Shown here piece after piece: positions 11,707-22,190 of a stretch of DNA of 64,000 nucleotides (position 1 is the stretch's first letter; the number at the start of each line of letters is the position of its first letter). The position numbers were made by a program, and so were the translations under genes. The stretch is taken from positions 310,001-374,000 of the forward strand of contig OZ251246.1 of NCBI GenBank assembly GCA_965240325.2, read 5' to 3'. The notes under the pieces were generated by a model that searched no databases, was not told where the DNA came from, and was given only the letters and a program-made list of their open reading frames with translations. The stretch comes from Rebecca billardiae RCC1528 (lineage: Eukaryota > Protista > Haptophyta).

Positions 11707-14700
11707 TCCGTGCGCGTGAACTCGTCTTGCGCGCGCGCGTCGGCCGCGCCGTCCGGAGAAGCCCGGGCCGCGTGGCCACCCTCTTCTGCGGCAGTGCCGT
11801 CGCGCGCGGCCGCGGGCGCTGCCGCCTCCTCGCCCGCGAGCGCGCGCGCGCGCGTCGCGCCCAGTTCGATGCCACTCGCAGCGGACGCAGTCGTGTCCGC
11901 GCGCCCGCCCGCGGCGGCGGCTGTCGCGTCCGCGCGCCCGCCCGCGGCGGCGGCTGTCGCGTCCGCGCGCCCGCCCGCGGTGGCTCGGAGCAGGGCGTCG
12001 CCCACGCCCGCCGCGTCGAGGTGCGCCGCGTACCGCCGCACCGTCCGCTCGCGCACGAGGTGCTGCGCGGCGAGCGCTCCCTCGATCTGACCGTACTCGC
12101 CGCCTGCGAGCCGCGGCGCGCCGGCGTGCCCGCCCGATGTGCGCAGTAGCAGCGCGCGGCTTACTTGCAGGGCACCCAGCGAGTCCCCGCCGAGCGCGAA
12201 GAAGTCCGCGGCGGGCGGGAGCGACGGCTCGGCTTCGTCGGTTTCGTCGGTTTCGTCGGTTTCGTCCGTCGGCTTCGCGCGCGCGAAGCCGGCGGACGAA
12301 ACCGACGAAACCGACGAAGCCGAGGAGGCGGGCGCCCCCAGGTGGAGCACCTGCGCAAAGACCGCGCCGACCGCCCGCTCGGTCGGTGTGGCGCGCGCCC
12401 GCGCGCCCGCCGCGCCGCCGCCGTGCATGCGCGCGAGCGCGGCCGCGCACGCGTCCGCACCCGGCAGCCGCGCGCGCGCCACCTTGCCTGTCGGCGTGAG
12501 CGGGAGGGCGGCGACGAAGAAGACGGCCGTTGGCACAGCGTGTGCCGGCAGCGCGCGCCGGCAGCGCTCGAGCACGCACAGAGAGGAGAGCGCGTGGCAC
12601 ACCGGGGCTGCCGCCTCGGCCGCGGCGGCGGGCGCGGCCGCGGCGCCCGCGCGCGCGGATGCGGCCGAGGCGCGCGCCTGCGCCGCGCCCGCGCCCTGCG
12701 GCGGCGCAGCCAGCAGCTCGGCGCGCGCCTCGGCCGCAGGCACGCAGAAGGCACAGAGCTGGCCCGCGCGCAGCGCGACCGCGGCGGCGCTCACGAGCCC
12801 GGAGCCGGCGGTGAGCCCGGACTCGACCTCGACGCTGGAGACGCGATTCCCCCGGACTTTGAGCTGCGCGTCCGAGCGGCCGACGTACTCCAGAGCCCAG
12901 GTGCCCCCGGACTCCGGACTCCCCCGGGCTCCCGGACTCCCCCGGACTTTGCGCTGCGCGTCCGAGCGGCCCGCCGCCTCCGCGGGGGCGGCCTGGGGCG
13001 CGGCATCGAGCTCGACAGCGCCGGAGCTCGCGGCGCCCTCGCCGCCGCCGCCCGGCGCGGCGGGCGCGGCGTCGTCGTCGCCGCTGTCGCACGCGCCGCC
13101 GCTCGGCACGCGCACCCAGCGTACCAGGTCAGAGGTCCGGTACAGCCGGAGTCGATCTGCGTCGGCGCGTGGGCCGGCGCGCGCCACGCCCGAGCCATCG
13201 AACGGGCGCAGCGCTCGCAGCTCGTCCTCATCTCGCGCCTGCACGAACGGTGACGGCCCCGGCGGCGGCGGCGGCGGCGGCCGCGCCGCGGCGGCGGCGG
13301 CGGTGCCACGCTCAGCGGCAGCCCGCCCCGGCGGCACGGCCGCACTCGCCGCGGGCTGGGCGGTCTCGTCGTCGACCGCCGCCGCCTCCTCCTCGTCGGC
13401 TGGCAAGTAGCCCAGCCCGACCTGCACCCCGCCCAGCACCAGCTCGCCCTCGCCGCCACTGGCAGGCTGCACAGCCACCCCCAACTCCAACCCTACCCCT
13501 AACCCGAGTGAGGTGTCGCGCGCCGCGCGTGCGCCCTGGTGGAGCTCTGAGCGCTCTGCGTGCGCCTCCGCGTCCTCACTCTCCTCAGCCCCCTTCGGCC
13601 TTCTGAGCACGTACACATCGACGCCTGCCAGCGGCACGCCGAGCAGACGGCAGTCCGCCGCGCCGCGCACGCGGTGCGCGGTCTGGTAGACGGTGGCCTC
13701 GGTGACGCCGTACGTGTTGAGCAGGCGCACGCGCGGCGCCCACGCCTCGGCGAGCTGCTCCGACATCGGCTCGCCGCCCAGCGCCACCGTGCGCAGGCTC
13801 GGGAGCGGCGCGTGCGCGGGCACAGAAGCCCAGAGCGCAGGCGTGGTGCAAACGTGGGTAATATTCAGCGCGGCGAGGCAGCGCGGGAGCGCGTCGCGCA
13901 CGTCGTCGCGCGCCGCGCCCACGCACACCGTCGCGCCCGCCGCGAGCGCCGCGCTCCAGTCGCCGATCGACGGGTCGAAGGTGAGAGGGGAGGCGAGGAG
14001 AACGCGCGCGCTCGCGCGCACGCGGTGCGCATCATTCTTGGCGCGCGCGTAGCTGCGCAGCGAGCGCATGGCGACGACGCAGCCCTTGGGCTCGGCCGTG
14101 CTCCCCGACGTGAAGAAGACGTGCGAGAGCAGCCCGTCGGCCGCAGCCTCCTCCGCCACGGCGCCGCGCGCGTCCGCCGCGTCCGCGGCGGGGCCAGCTG
14201 GTGCGGCTGCCCGCGCCGCGGCCTCAGCCGAACCACTGTCCGCCTCCGCGGCCGCGCCTGCCGTGTGCGCGTGCGCGTGCGTGTCGGCGAGCGCGTCGAC
14301 GGCGATCACGACGGGCACGTACGCCGCCGCGCCCCGTCGCTCACCCGCCCGCGCGGCCGCCGCCTCAAGCCCCGCGCGCAGCCGCGGCGCGGCGCGCCGG
14401 TCCGCAAGCACCGCGGCGGCGCGCACGCGGCGCACGAGGCGCGCGTGGCGCGCGGGCGGGTCTCGCGGGTCGACGGGCACGACGACAGCGCCGGCGAACC
14501 ACACCGCCAGCTGCGCGACGACCATGGCCGCGCCCTCGTCCACGCTCACCACGACGGCCGGCTGCGCGCCGAACGCGCGCAGCGCGGCACACGGCGTGAG
14601 CGCCGCGCGCGCCGCGAGCTCATGGGCGAGGGCGCGTGCGCGCGCGGCGAGGGCCGAGCGCGAGAGCGTGCGGATCGCCGAGGTCTGCACGTCGAGCTCC

Positions 14701-14774
14701 TCGATGGCCGGCGCGTCCGCGCCGCCGCTGAGGCCGAGCCAGGCCAAGCCGGGCCGCTCGAGCTCAGCCGCCAT
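10698..14774 (-). CDS. NRPS-like enzyme: AASDH/ACSF4-type adenylation domain, peptidyl carrier (T) domain and C-terminal ankyrin repeats
   Basis: Single long ORF; ATG at 14774 (alternative 14840). A-domain motifs [70 protein letters not shown] and LPLTPTGKV. Carrier motif [10 protein letters not shown]. Ankyrin repeats SPLFAAA, TILHHAA and [11 protein letters not shown]. Confidence 0.9.
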
Positions 14775-14938
14775 CGTGGTGGCGCGGTTCGTCAATCCTG
14801 GATTCCTGGATCGATGTCCGATGTCAACGACGACAGCCATCGTTGAAGTCTGGACGCACAGCGCTGAGGCGGGCAAGAGTTCAGAGTGGCGGCAGCCAAC
14901 CGCAGGCCCTGGTCCCCTTGGCCGCAAGCGCTGCAAGC

Positions 14939-15595
14939 ATGTCGACCCCGGCGCGCCGCAGGCTGATGCGCGACTTCAAGCGGCTGCAGAGCGACCCGCC
15001 GCAAGGCGTGTCCGGCGCGCCAAAGGACAACGACATCATGAAGTGGAACGCAGTCATCTTCGGGTGCGCGGCGCGCGCCGACGGACGCGCTCGCGTCCCC
15101 GCGACGCGGCCTTTTACACGTGCGCGGCATGTGCGGCCTGCACCGCGCCAGGCCGGACGACACGCCATGGGAGGACGGGACGTTCCGGCTGCAGCTCGAG
15201 TTCACCGAGGACTACCCGAACAAGGCGCCCACCGTCAAGTTCGTGACGAAACTCTTCCACCCGAACGTGTACGCGGACGGCTCGATCTGCCTCGACATTC
15301 TGCAGAATCAGTGGTCGCCGATCTACGACATCTCGGCGATCCTCACGTCGATCCAGTCGCTGCTCTGCGACCCGAACCCGAATAGCCCGGCCAACTCCGA
15401 GGCAGCGCGGCTGTACCAGGTGCGATGGCCGCGCGGCACGCCGCCGCGCGACGCAACTGCCCGCCGGGCGCTCAACGCGGGTCATCGCGCCGGCGGCTGC
15501 GCACGTGCGTGCGCGCGCAGGAGAACCGACGTGAATACGAGCGCAAGGTGAAGGAGATCGTGGAGCAGAGCTGGGCAGCCGAGTCCGTCGAGTAG
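14939..15595 (+). CDS. RAD6: Ubiquitin-conjugating enzyme E2, Rad6/UBC2 family; exons 14939-15063, 15152-15419, 15521-15595
   Basis: [17 protein letters not shown]...WNAVIFG|[11 protein letters not shown]...[22 protein letters not shown]...ARLYQ|[18 protein letters not shown]. Both GT-AG introns restore the frame and the catalytic Cys is present. Confidence 0.97.
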
Positions 15596-16127
15596 CGCCC
15601 GCTCCGGGCTGCCGGTATCCCGGCAGCCCTGCGCGCAGCATGGGGCCGCGTGTGCGGGCGCGCGCTCCATGCGTCCGGGTGCGCCTTGCACCCGCCAATG
15701 GGCTGGCCTGCGGTGTGACCGCTCGTCGTTGCACTCGGCGCTCGCGCCAGCCGATGAAGGCGGTCGGGTGAGGACGACGGCCGACAAGACGGTGCTGACG
15801 GTGTGCCCACGCGCAGACGAAAGCGGTATTAATCGTCTGAGCTGCTGCCCACGCGCGGCGGGCCGCGGCGGCGCGGCATTGCGATTTGCGTGCCGGCGGG
15901 CGGCGTGCAGGTCGAACGTCGGACGCGCCAGCATGGCGCCTGGATGGCGCTGCAGCCCCAGCCGGATGCATCGTCATCTCATCATCAATGTTATTGCATA
16001 GCGGATATATGCTGCTGTACTGTGGTACTGTTGCAGTCACGCGGGCTGTGACAGTGTCACTGACACTCACTAGTCACTGAGACGACGACTCCGCCTGCAC
16101 TGAGTGCACACGCCCCGGCCGATCACG

Positions 16128-17159
16128 ATGGTTGACAACTCGGTGAGCCGCAAGTGTGATCACGCGGGCTGCACCACGCAACCGTCGTTCGGCATGCCGG
16201 GTGACGCGCGCGCCAGCCGGTGCGCTGCTCATAAGCTGGCCGGCATGGTCGACCTGATCAACCGCAGGTGTGATCACACCGGCTGCGCCACGCGGGTTTC
16301 GTTTGGCATGCCGGGCGACTCGCGCCCGAGCCGTTGCGCTACGCACAAGCTAGCCGGCATGGTCAACGTGATGAACCCCAAGTGCGATCACGCTGGCTGC
16401 ACCAAGCAGCCTTCACTCGGCATGCCGGGCGACGCGCGCGCCAGCCGGTGCGCCACGCACAAGCTGGCCGGCATGGTCAACGTGGTGAGCCGCAGGTGTG
16501 ATCACGCCGGCTGCACCACGCACCCTTCATTGGGCATGCCGGGCGCGCGCCCCAGCCGGTGCGCTGCGCACAAGCTGGCCGGCATGGTGAACGTGGCGAA
16601 GCGCACGACGTGTGATCACGCCGGCTGCACCAAGGTGCCTTCATTCGGTATGCCGGGCGACGCGCGCCCCAGCCGGTGCGCTACGCACAAGCCGGCCGGC
16701 ATGATCGATGTGAGGAGCCCCAAGTGTGATCACGCGGGCTGCACCAAGGGGCCTTCGTTCGGCATGCCGGGTGATGAGCGCGCCAGCCGGTGCGCCACGC
16801 ACAAGTTGGCCGGCATGGTGAACGTGAAGAGCAGCAAGTGTGATCACGCGGGCTGCACCAAGTGGCCTTCATTCGGCATGCCGGGCGATGCGCGCCCCAG
16901 CCGGTGCGCTACGCACAAGCTGGCCACCATGGAGCGCTTTCGGAGTGGTGTGCACAAGCGCGGGCTGGAGCAAGCCATGAGCACCAACGCATCGAGCGCC
17001 GCCAAGCGACAGAGGAAGCGCACCAGCAGCACAGCCACTGCTCCGGATGTCGCGGCGCGGCCACGATCGCCGCCGCTGCCGCCGCTGGTCACAGCCAGCA
17101 TCGTATCGGCGGCGCCGCCGAATGTTCCTGTGGTGATGGCCACTTGGCCAGGCGGGTGA
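16128..17159 (+). CDS. EsV-1-7 cysteine-rich repeat protein (7 repeats)
   Basis: Seven ~39-aa repeats CDHAGCTKxPSFGMPGDARxSRCATHKLAGMVNV match the EsV-1-7 C-x4-C...C-x2-H pattern. Basic C-terminal KRQRKR; intronless. Confidence 0.88.
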   Translation: MVDNSVSRKCDHAGCTTQPSFGMPGDARASRCAAHKLAGMVDLINRRCDHTGCATRVSFGMPGDSRPSRCATHKLAGMVNVMNPKCDHAGCTKQPSLGMPGDARASRCATHKLAGMVNVVSRRCDHAGCTTHPSLGMPGARPSRCAAHKLAGMVNVAKRTTCDHAGCTKVPSFGMPGDARPSRCATHKPAGMIDVRSPKCDHAGCTKGPSFGMPGDERASRCATHKLAGMVNVKSSKCDHAGCTKWPSFGMPGDARPSRCATHKLATMERFRSGVHKRGLEQAMSTNASSAAKRQRKRTSSTATAPDVAARPRSPPLPPLVTASIVSAAPPNVPVVMATWPGG

Positions 17160-17471
17160 CTCTGGCCTGAGCAGGCTGCAGGTCACAGTGCCATGAGCAT
17201 CATCATGCATTCTGTTCTCATATATATATATCGTCAGCCGATATATATGATGATTCATCGTCAATATATGATGATGATAGTCGCGACGGAATGACACGCT
17301 TCATCGGCATCCGATTCGGCATGTGACGGATGACACTCGGAGGCTGCGAGCTGTCTGTCATCAGCACCGTGCACGAGCCGGCGCCAGGCGACCGAGTACG
17401 GCCGATATATGAGCATATATCATATCATACTTCATAGTCGTATACTACGACTACGTCCAGCAGCAATAGTA

Positions 17472-17474
<3 letters not shown>

Positions 17475-17518
<44 letters not shown>

Positions 17519-17526
17519 TCACTGCG

Positions 17527-17586
<60 letters not shown>
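17475..17586. repeat. (TA)n microsatellite, two blocks
   Basis: Direct reading: ~17475-17516 and ~17528-17586. Confidence 0.95.
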
Positions 17587-17590
<4 letters not shown>

Positions 17591-17688
17591 TCTGAGCCTG
17601 ACGCTTGTTCGTTGCTGCCACGTCGTTAAATATATATAGCTTATATATATATATTACTACTGCTGTAGTCGAGTTATATTCATAATTT

Positions 17689-17760
17689 AATCTCGCCTGC
17701 CTGAGCAATGTGACTACCTCGGTGTCGGGTGTGCGTCTCTGATTCCGTTAGTAAACTGTA
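17689..17760 (+). repeat. Dispersed short element, copy 1 (AATCTCGCCTGCCTGAGC...GTGTGCGTCTCT...AGTAAACTGTA)
   Basis: Related sequences at 45738, 60728 and 62196. Confidence 0.65.
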
Positions 17761-17969
17761 TACAGTAGTCAAAGGAATCAAGGCTGTAGTAGTCTGCTGC
17801 TGAATAGATCGTCAGCTCGTCCGCGAGCGAACACGATCACCGATCGAATCCGCCGGAATCCGCCCCGATATTATGGATTTCGATTCTTTCGTCGATTATT
17901 TTCGATGAGGTCATCGTTGGTCAACCTTGACTGAATGAAGCATGGCGGCCGTGGATCGCCGATCCCATC

Positions 17970-19703
17970 ATGATCGCGCGCATCCTCCTCACGGTAGCGT
18001 CGTTGTCGATGCCGTTGCGGGTCGATGGTGGCACTAGGGCCCCACGACCGCCGCAGCTGCGCCCGACGCCGCAGCACTGGGCGGCGATCCGTCCGACGCT
18101 GCGCGCGCTCAACATCTCGGCTGACGATGTGCTGTGCGGCCGGCCGGCGGTGCGCGCGCGCGGCGCCGGCGACCTGCGCTGCCTCAACCTGCCGACGTAC
18201 TGGATCAACATGGACGCGTCCGACGAGAAGCGGCTCTGGATGCGCCGTCAGCTCCGCGCGCGACTGGCCGCGGGCGTGTGCGCGACCCGCGTGAGTGCGG
18301 TTCTTCTCTCGGAAGTCTCATCCGTCGTGTCCGGTGGCGGCGGCGCGCTGCATGAGCTGGCGAGTCGGCCCCGGCTCAGGCCGGGCGAGGCACCCCGCCC
18401 AGGCCTGATCGTCGACGACGCGATCGCGCTCTCCCACCTCAAGGCGATGCACGTCGCGCTCGCCACCGCGCCGCCGGGCGCGCCCGGCTATTTAATTCTG
18501 GAGGATGATATTGATTTTTCGCCGCTCGTGCACTTCCAGCCGGTGCTCGCGCTCGCGCAGCGCGGCGGCGCGTCGACGCCGCCGCGCGTGCACGCGCCGC
18601 GCGCGAGCTCGCTGCACGCGCTCGTCGCGCACGCGGGCGAGCGCTGGTCCACCATCCAGCTCGACCTCGCGCCGATGCGCGGCGGCGCGTGGCAGCGGCG
18701 CGGCTGGGCGGAACTGCAGCAGCTGTGGCGAAAACACGGCTCTCCGCCGCTGCTGGAGAAGCGGCTGCTCGAGGTGCGCTCGGCGGCGCTGGGCGGCGTG
18801 GCGTGCGGGCACGACCCGCCCATCTTCTCCGCCGCGGCGTACCTCGTCTCGCCCCGCGCGGCGCACCAGCTCGCGCGCCAGCTGTGGCCAGTGTCGGCCG
18901 CGCCCGAGCTGCGCGCGGGTGTGCGCGTGCGCGTGAAGCGCTTTTGCTTCCCGCCGCTGCTCAAGTGGCCGCTGTGCGAGCGGACGGTGACGGGGTGGAG
19001 CAAGCACGCGCTCCGGCTGTACCAGCAGCCCGCCTTCGTCTCCGACTTCTGCTTCACGAACAACGGGCTGTACGGACCGCCGCTCACGTTCCAGCAGTTT
19101 GCGGCGCACTACAACTCGAGCCGCGCCGCGCCGCAGCAGCAGGCGAGCGCGCGGCAGCACACCGCGCGCGCGGCGCGCTCGGCGTGGCGGGACCTGATTG
19201 CGACGCCGCCGTGGTTCTCGGAGTGCTCGGCGAGCGACGGGCGCGACTCGGGTGCGCACACGAGTGGCAAGCCGTGGCGCAACTGGCACTGCTACCGCAA
19301 GCGCGGCGCGTTCAGCTGGTACGAGCAGCTGTGCGACCCGACTCCTCCGACAATCACTCCGACGACTCCGAATTATAATAATGAGGATATGACGACGAGG
19401 ACTACGCGTGGGCGGCGTGGTTCCGGTGGTGCGTGGCGCGGGCCGGCATGCACGGCGACGCAGGCGCGGCTGCTCGCGCGGCGGACCGCGCTCCAGATCG
19501 ACGGCCTCGTGATGAAGGCGCCAGCAGACGGCGGCGGGCTCGCACCCATTCCGGCCGAGCTGCGTCGGGCGTGGGTTGAGGAGCGCCGCGCCAAGCTGCG
19601 CGCGAGCAGCGCCTGGCAGTTGGACGGAGGCTACGGCCTGCCGGACTGCCTGGCTGCGAACGCGACGATGGACGCGCTCCTGCAACCCATGTGCCGACGC
19701 TGA
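17970..19703 (+). CDS. Glycosyltransferase family 25-like protein with N-terminal signal/anchor
   Basis: Motifs TYWINMDASDEKR, ALSHLKAM, YLILEDD and AAAYLVSPRAA occur in GT25 order. Hydrophobic N-terminus. Confidence 0.75.
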   Translation: MIARILLTVASLSMPLRVDGGTRAPRPPQLRPTPQHWAAIRPTLRALNISADDVLCGRPAVRARGAGDLRCLNLPTYWINMDASDEKRLWMRRQLRARLAAGVCATRVSAVLLSEVSSVVSGGGGALHELASRPRLRPGEAPRPGLIVDDAIALSHLKAMHVALATAPPGAPGYLILEDDIDFSPLVHFQPVLALAQRGGASTPPRVHAPRASSLHALVAHAGERWSTIQLDLAPMRGGAWQRRGWAELQQLWRKHGSPPLLEKRLLEVRSAALGGVACGHDPPIFSAAAYLVSPRAAHQLARQLWPVSAAPELRAGVRVRVKRFCFPPLLKWPLCERTVTGWSKHALRLYQQPAFVSDFCFTNNGLYGPPLTFQQFAAHYNSSRAAPQQQASARQHTARAARSAWRDLIATPPWFSECSASDGRDSGAHTSGKPWRNWHCYRKRGAFSWYEQLCDPTPPTITPTTPNYNNEDMTTRTTRGRRGSGGAWRGPACTATQARLLARRTALQIDGLVMKAPADGGGLAPIPAELRRAWVEERRAKLRASSAWQLDGGYGLPDCLAANATMDALLQPMCRR

Positions 19704-19871
19704 GGCAAACGCTGAGACCTCCCCGGCTGCGCGGACGGGCATGGCGTTGTGTCGCTGTGTGCGCGTTGCTCGCGGCTGCTGTTGCAACGTCATCGGAATT
19801 CGGAAATCCCCGTCGCGGAATAAAAAATACGATACGGAGAAAATAGCGGCGGCGCGTGCCGGCGTGCGCCA

Positions 19872-20620
19872 CCAACCGGTCCAGACCTCAGGATTTGGGA
19901 AACTCGGAAAATGAGAGAAATTCAAAACCCGCCGCGTGCGCCCGCCACAGCCATCCGCCGCGAGGCGCCGCCCGCTGCCGCGCCGCCGCAGTCGTAGACG
20001 TGCACGCGGCGATGGCGCACGCGGTCGGGCAGAGGCATAGGGCCTTTCTGCGCCGCCCTGCGCCGGGCAACTCGCGTCTGACCATCTTCTCGGCGCCTTG
20101 AGCCCGCACGGGCGTGTGCGCCGCCTCTCGGCTTCAGCCGTGCTGTCGTCCCCGCAAAGTATGCGCGCGCTGAGCGCAACCCGAGGCGCGCATCCCAGGA
20201 CGGCGTGAGCCATGTGACAGTACGGTCGTGGGCGCGCGCCATGGTGCCCAGCGGCTTCACGTGCGTGCCTCTTTGCTGCCTCGGCAGGCAAGGCGCGGCA
20301 TGGCTCTGGCTGAATGTGGCGGCGGCGCACGCTCGCGCTCTCGCGGGCCTGCAGCTGACCGTCGAGGTGCGAGGGCGCGAAGCGCTGCGCCACGCGCAAG
20401 CGACAGTAGTTCACCGCTTCGCTACCACCCCGCTGCGTCCCATCGGAAGATCTGCTGGACTTCGCGCGGCCTCGCCCTGGCGGCGGAAGGCGAGAGCGAG
20501 GTGGCGGCGGGAGCGTCCGCCCCAGCGCGCGCCAACCTGACGAAACCCGAAATCTGCACGCCAGTGGGCCGCCCACTGGCGTGCAGATCTACCGATAATC
20601 CTGAGGTCTGGACCGGTTGG
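19872..20620. mobile_element. MITE-like element with 24-bp TIRs
   Basis: CCAACCGGTCCAGACCTCAGGATT (19872-19895) and its perfect reverse complement (20597-20620). Internal 19913-20052 recurs inverted at 56563-56713. No clear TSD. Confidence 0.7.
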
Positions 20621-20666
20621 GCGGCTTGGCGCGGGCGCTGGCCAACGGTCTTCGTCCGCCTGTGCC

Positions 20667-22190
20667 ATGACGACGCGCGCGCGTGGCGATGAGGCGCGGC
20701 CGAACGCGCTTATCCATCTGCCGCACGAGCTCATCGCGCGCATCATCGTGTACCTCGATGGCGCGTCGGACCTCGCAGCAGTGAACGCTGCCGCGCGCAT
20801 CTTCCGCGGGCCGCCGCTCGAACTCGCGATGCGTGAGCGCGCGCGCATGCGCGGGCATGACCGCACGCTGCCAGCGGCGCTGCCCGCCGGCGTGCGCACG
20901 TGGAATGAGGAGCTGCTTGTGCGCGAGCGCATTTCCGAGCTGGCTAAGGCGCCCGCGCGCGTCGCGGCCTCCTCGCGTTCATACTCAAGCTCGTCTGATG
21001 GCTTCAGCGCATTTGTCGACGTGGAGGGTGGTTTGCACATGTGCGGCAGACCTCTTGGCCAGGACCCGCTGTTCGAGACGGGAGAAGACGTGCTCGCGCC
21101 GAGGCGCGTGGCCTCGCTCTCGGCCGTACGCGTGTGCGCCGTGGCCGCTGGCTTGAACCACCTGCTTGTGCTCAGCGAGACCAGTGCCTTGTACGCGTGC
21201 GGGTGGAATGGCTGCGGCGAGCTGGGCGTAGGCGACACCTACCGGCGCTCCACATTTACCAAGCTCCAAGTGCTGGCCGATGAGATCGTCGTTGGCATCG
21301 CTGCGGGGAACTTCCAGAGCTTTGCATTCACGGCTACTGGTGGCGCGCACAGCTGGGGCTTCAATCACTACGGCCAGCTCGGCCACGGTGACACAGGAAA
21401 ACACCTGGAGCCGCACCGCATCGAGCCGCTGGACAGCGTGCATGTATGCGGTGTGGCCGTGGGCGCGTACCACACGCTACTGCTCTCCACGTGCGGGGCT
21501 GTGTACTCGTGTGGCACTGCCGGCAATGACGTCTTTCGCGGCACCAGGAACCCCCAGACCACGCCGCGGCGCATCGAGGCGCTCGCAGGTGTGCACATCG
21601 TCCAAGTGTCGAGCGAAGGCCATTACAACCTAGCGGTAGACACTGCTGGCGGTGTGCACACATTTGGTGCCGGCCTCCCGGACGAAGATGGCCTCCCGGA
21701 CGAAGATCTGCGCCGCTTCGGTTGCATGGATGCGCACATCGAGACATTGGCAGGTTTGCGCGCTGTGCGTGCCAGCTTGGGCGGGCACACAGGTGCTGTG
21801 GTGTGCGCGGACGGCGGCGCGTACACGTTCTGCTTAAGCAGATTTGGCTACCCTTTTGGACGGCACGAGGGGGCTAACCTTGGGCGCGCATCAGATAACC
21901 GCAATCGCGCGTGGCCCATGCAGGTAGGCGCGCTCTCGAACGCGCGCGTGCTCGAGTGCTCGCTTGCTGGCCGGCATTCGCTCTTCGTGACGGCAGGCGG
22001 CGGCGTGCACTCGTGCGGAGTGCGGTCTGGCGCGCTCGGCCTCAACGTGGTCCGTGACGGCACGGCGCAGCGGAAGCCACAGCGCGTGCGGCATGAAGCA
22101 CCTCCTCAGCGGCGTGACGGGCCTCGGGGCCGTCTCCGTTCTGCCAAGGTGAACGACGCAGCATTTTTCGTCGCTCGTGTCGCTCTTTGA
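20667..22190 (+). CDS. F-box-like plus RCC1-repeat beta-propeller protein
   Basis: N-terminal LIHLPHELIARIIVYL. RCC1 repeats AVAAGLNHLLVLS..LYACGWNGCGELGVG, SWGFNHYGQLGHG and VAVGAYHTLLL. Intronless. Confidence 0.85.
   Translation: MTTRARGDEARPNALIHLPHELIARIIVYLDGASDLAAVNAAARIFRGPPLELAMRERARMRGHDRTLPAALPAGVRTWNEELLVRERISELAKAPARVAASSRSYSSSSDGFSAFVDVEGGLHMCGRPLGQDPLFETGEDVLAPRRVASLSAVRVCAVAAGLNHLLVLSETSALYACGWNGCGELGVGDTYRRSTFTKLQVLADEIVVGIAAGNFQSFAFTATGGAHSWGFNHYGQLGHGDTGKHLEPHRIEPLDSVHVCGVAVGAYHTLLLSTCGAVYSCGTAGNDVFRGTRNPQTTPRRIEALAGVHIVQVSSEGHYNLAVDTAGGVHTFGAGLPDEDGLPDEDLRRFGCMDAHIETLAGLRAVRASLGGHTGAVVCADGGAYTFCLSRFGYPFGRHEGANLGRASDNRNRAWPMQVGALSNARVLECSLAGRHSLFVTAGGGVHSCGVRSGALGLNVVRDGTAQRKPQRVRHEAPPQRRDGPRGRLRSAKVNDAAFFVARVAL

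Noticed and set aside
16150-16925. Possible CRISPR-like array
   Set aside because: Units are in-frame protein repeats without unique spacers, the context is eukaryotic, and there are no cas genes.
17409-17708. IYIYIY ORFs
   Set aside because: Translations of the (TA)n microsatellite.
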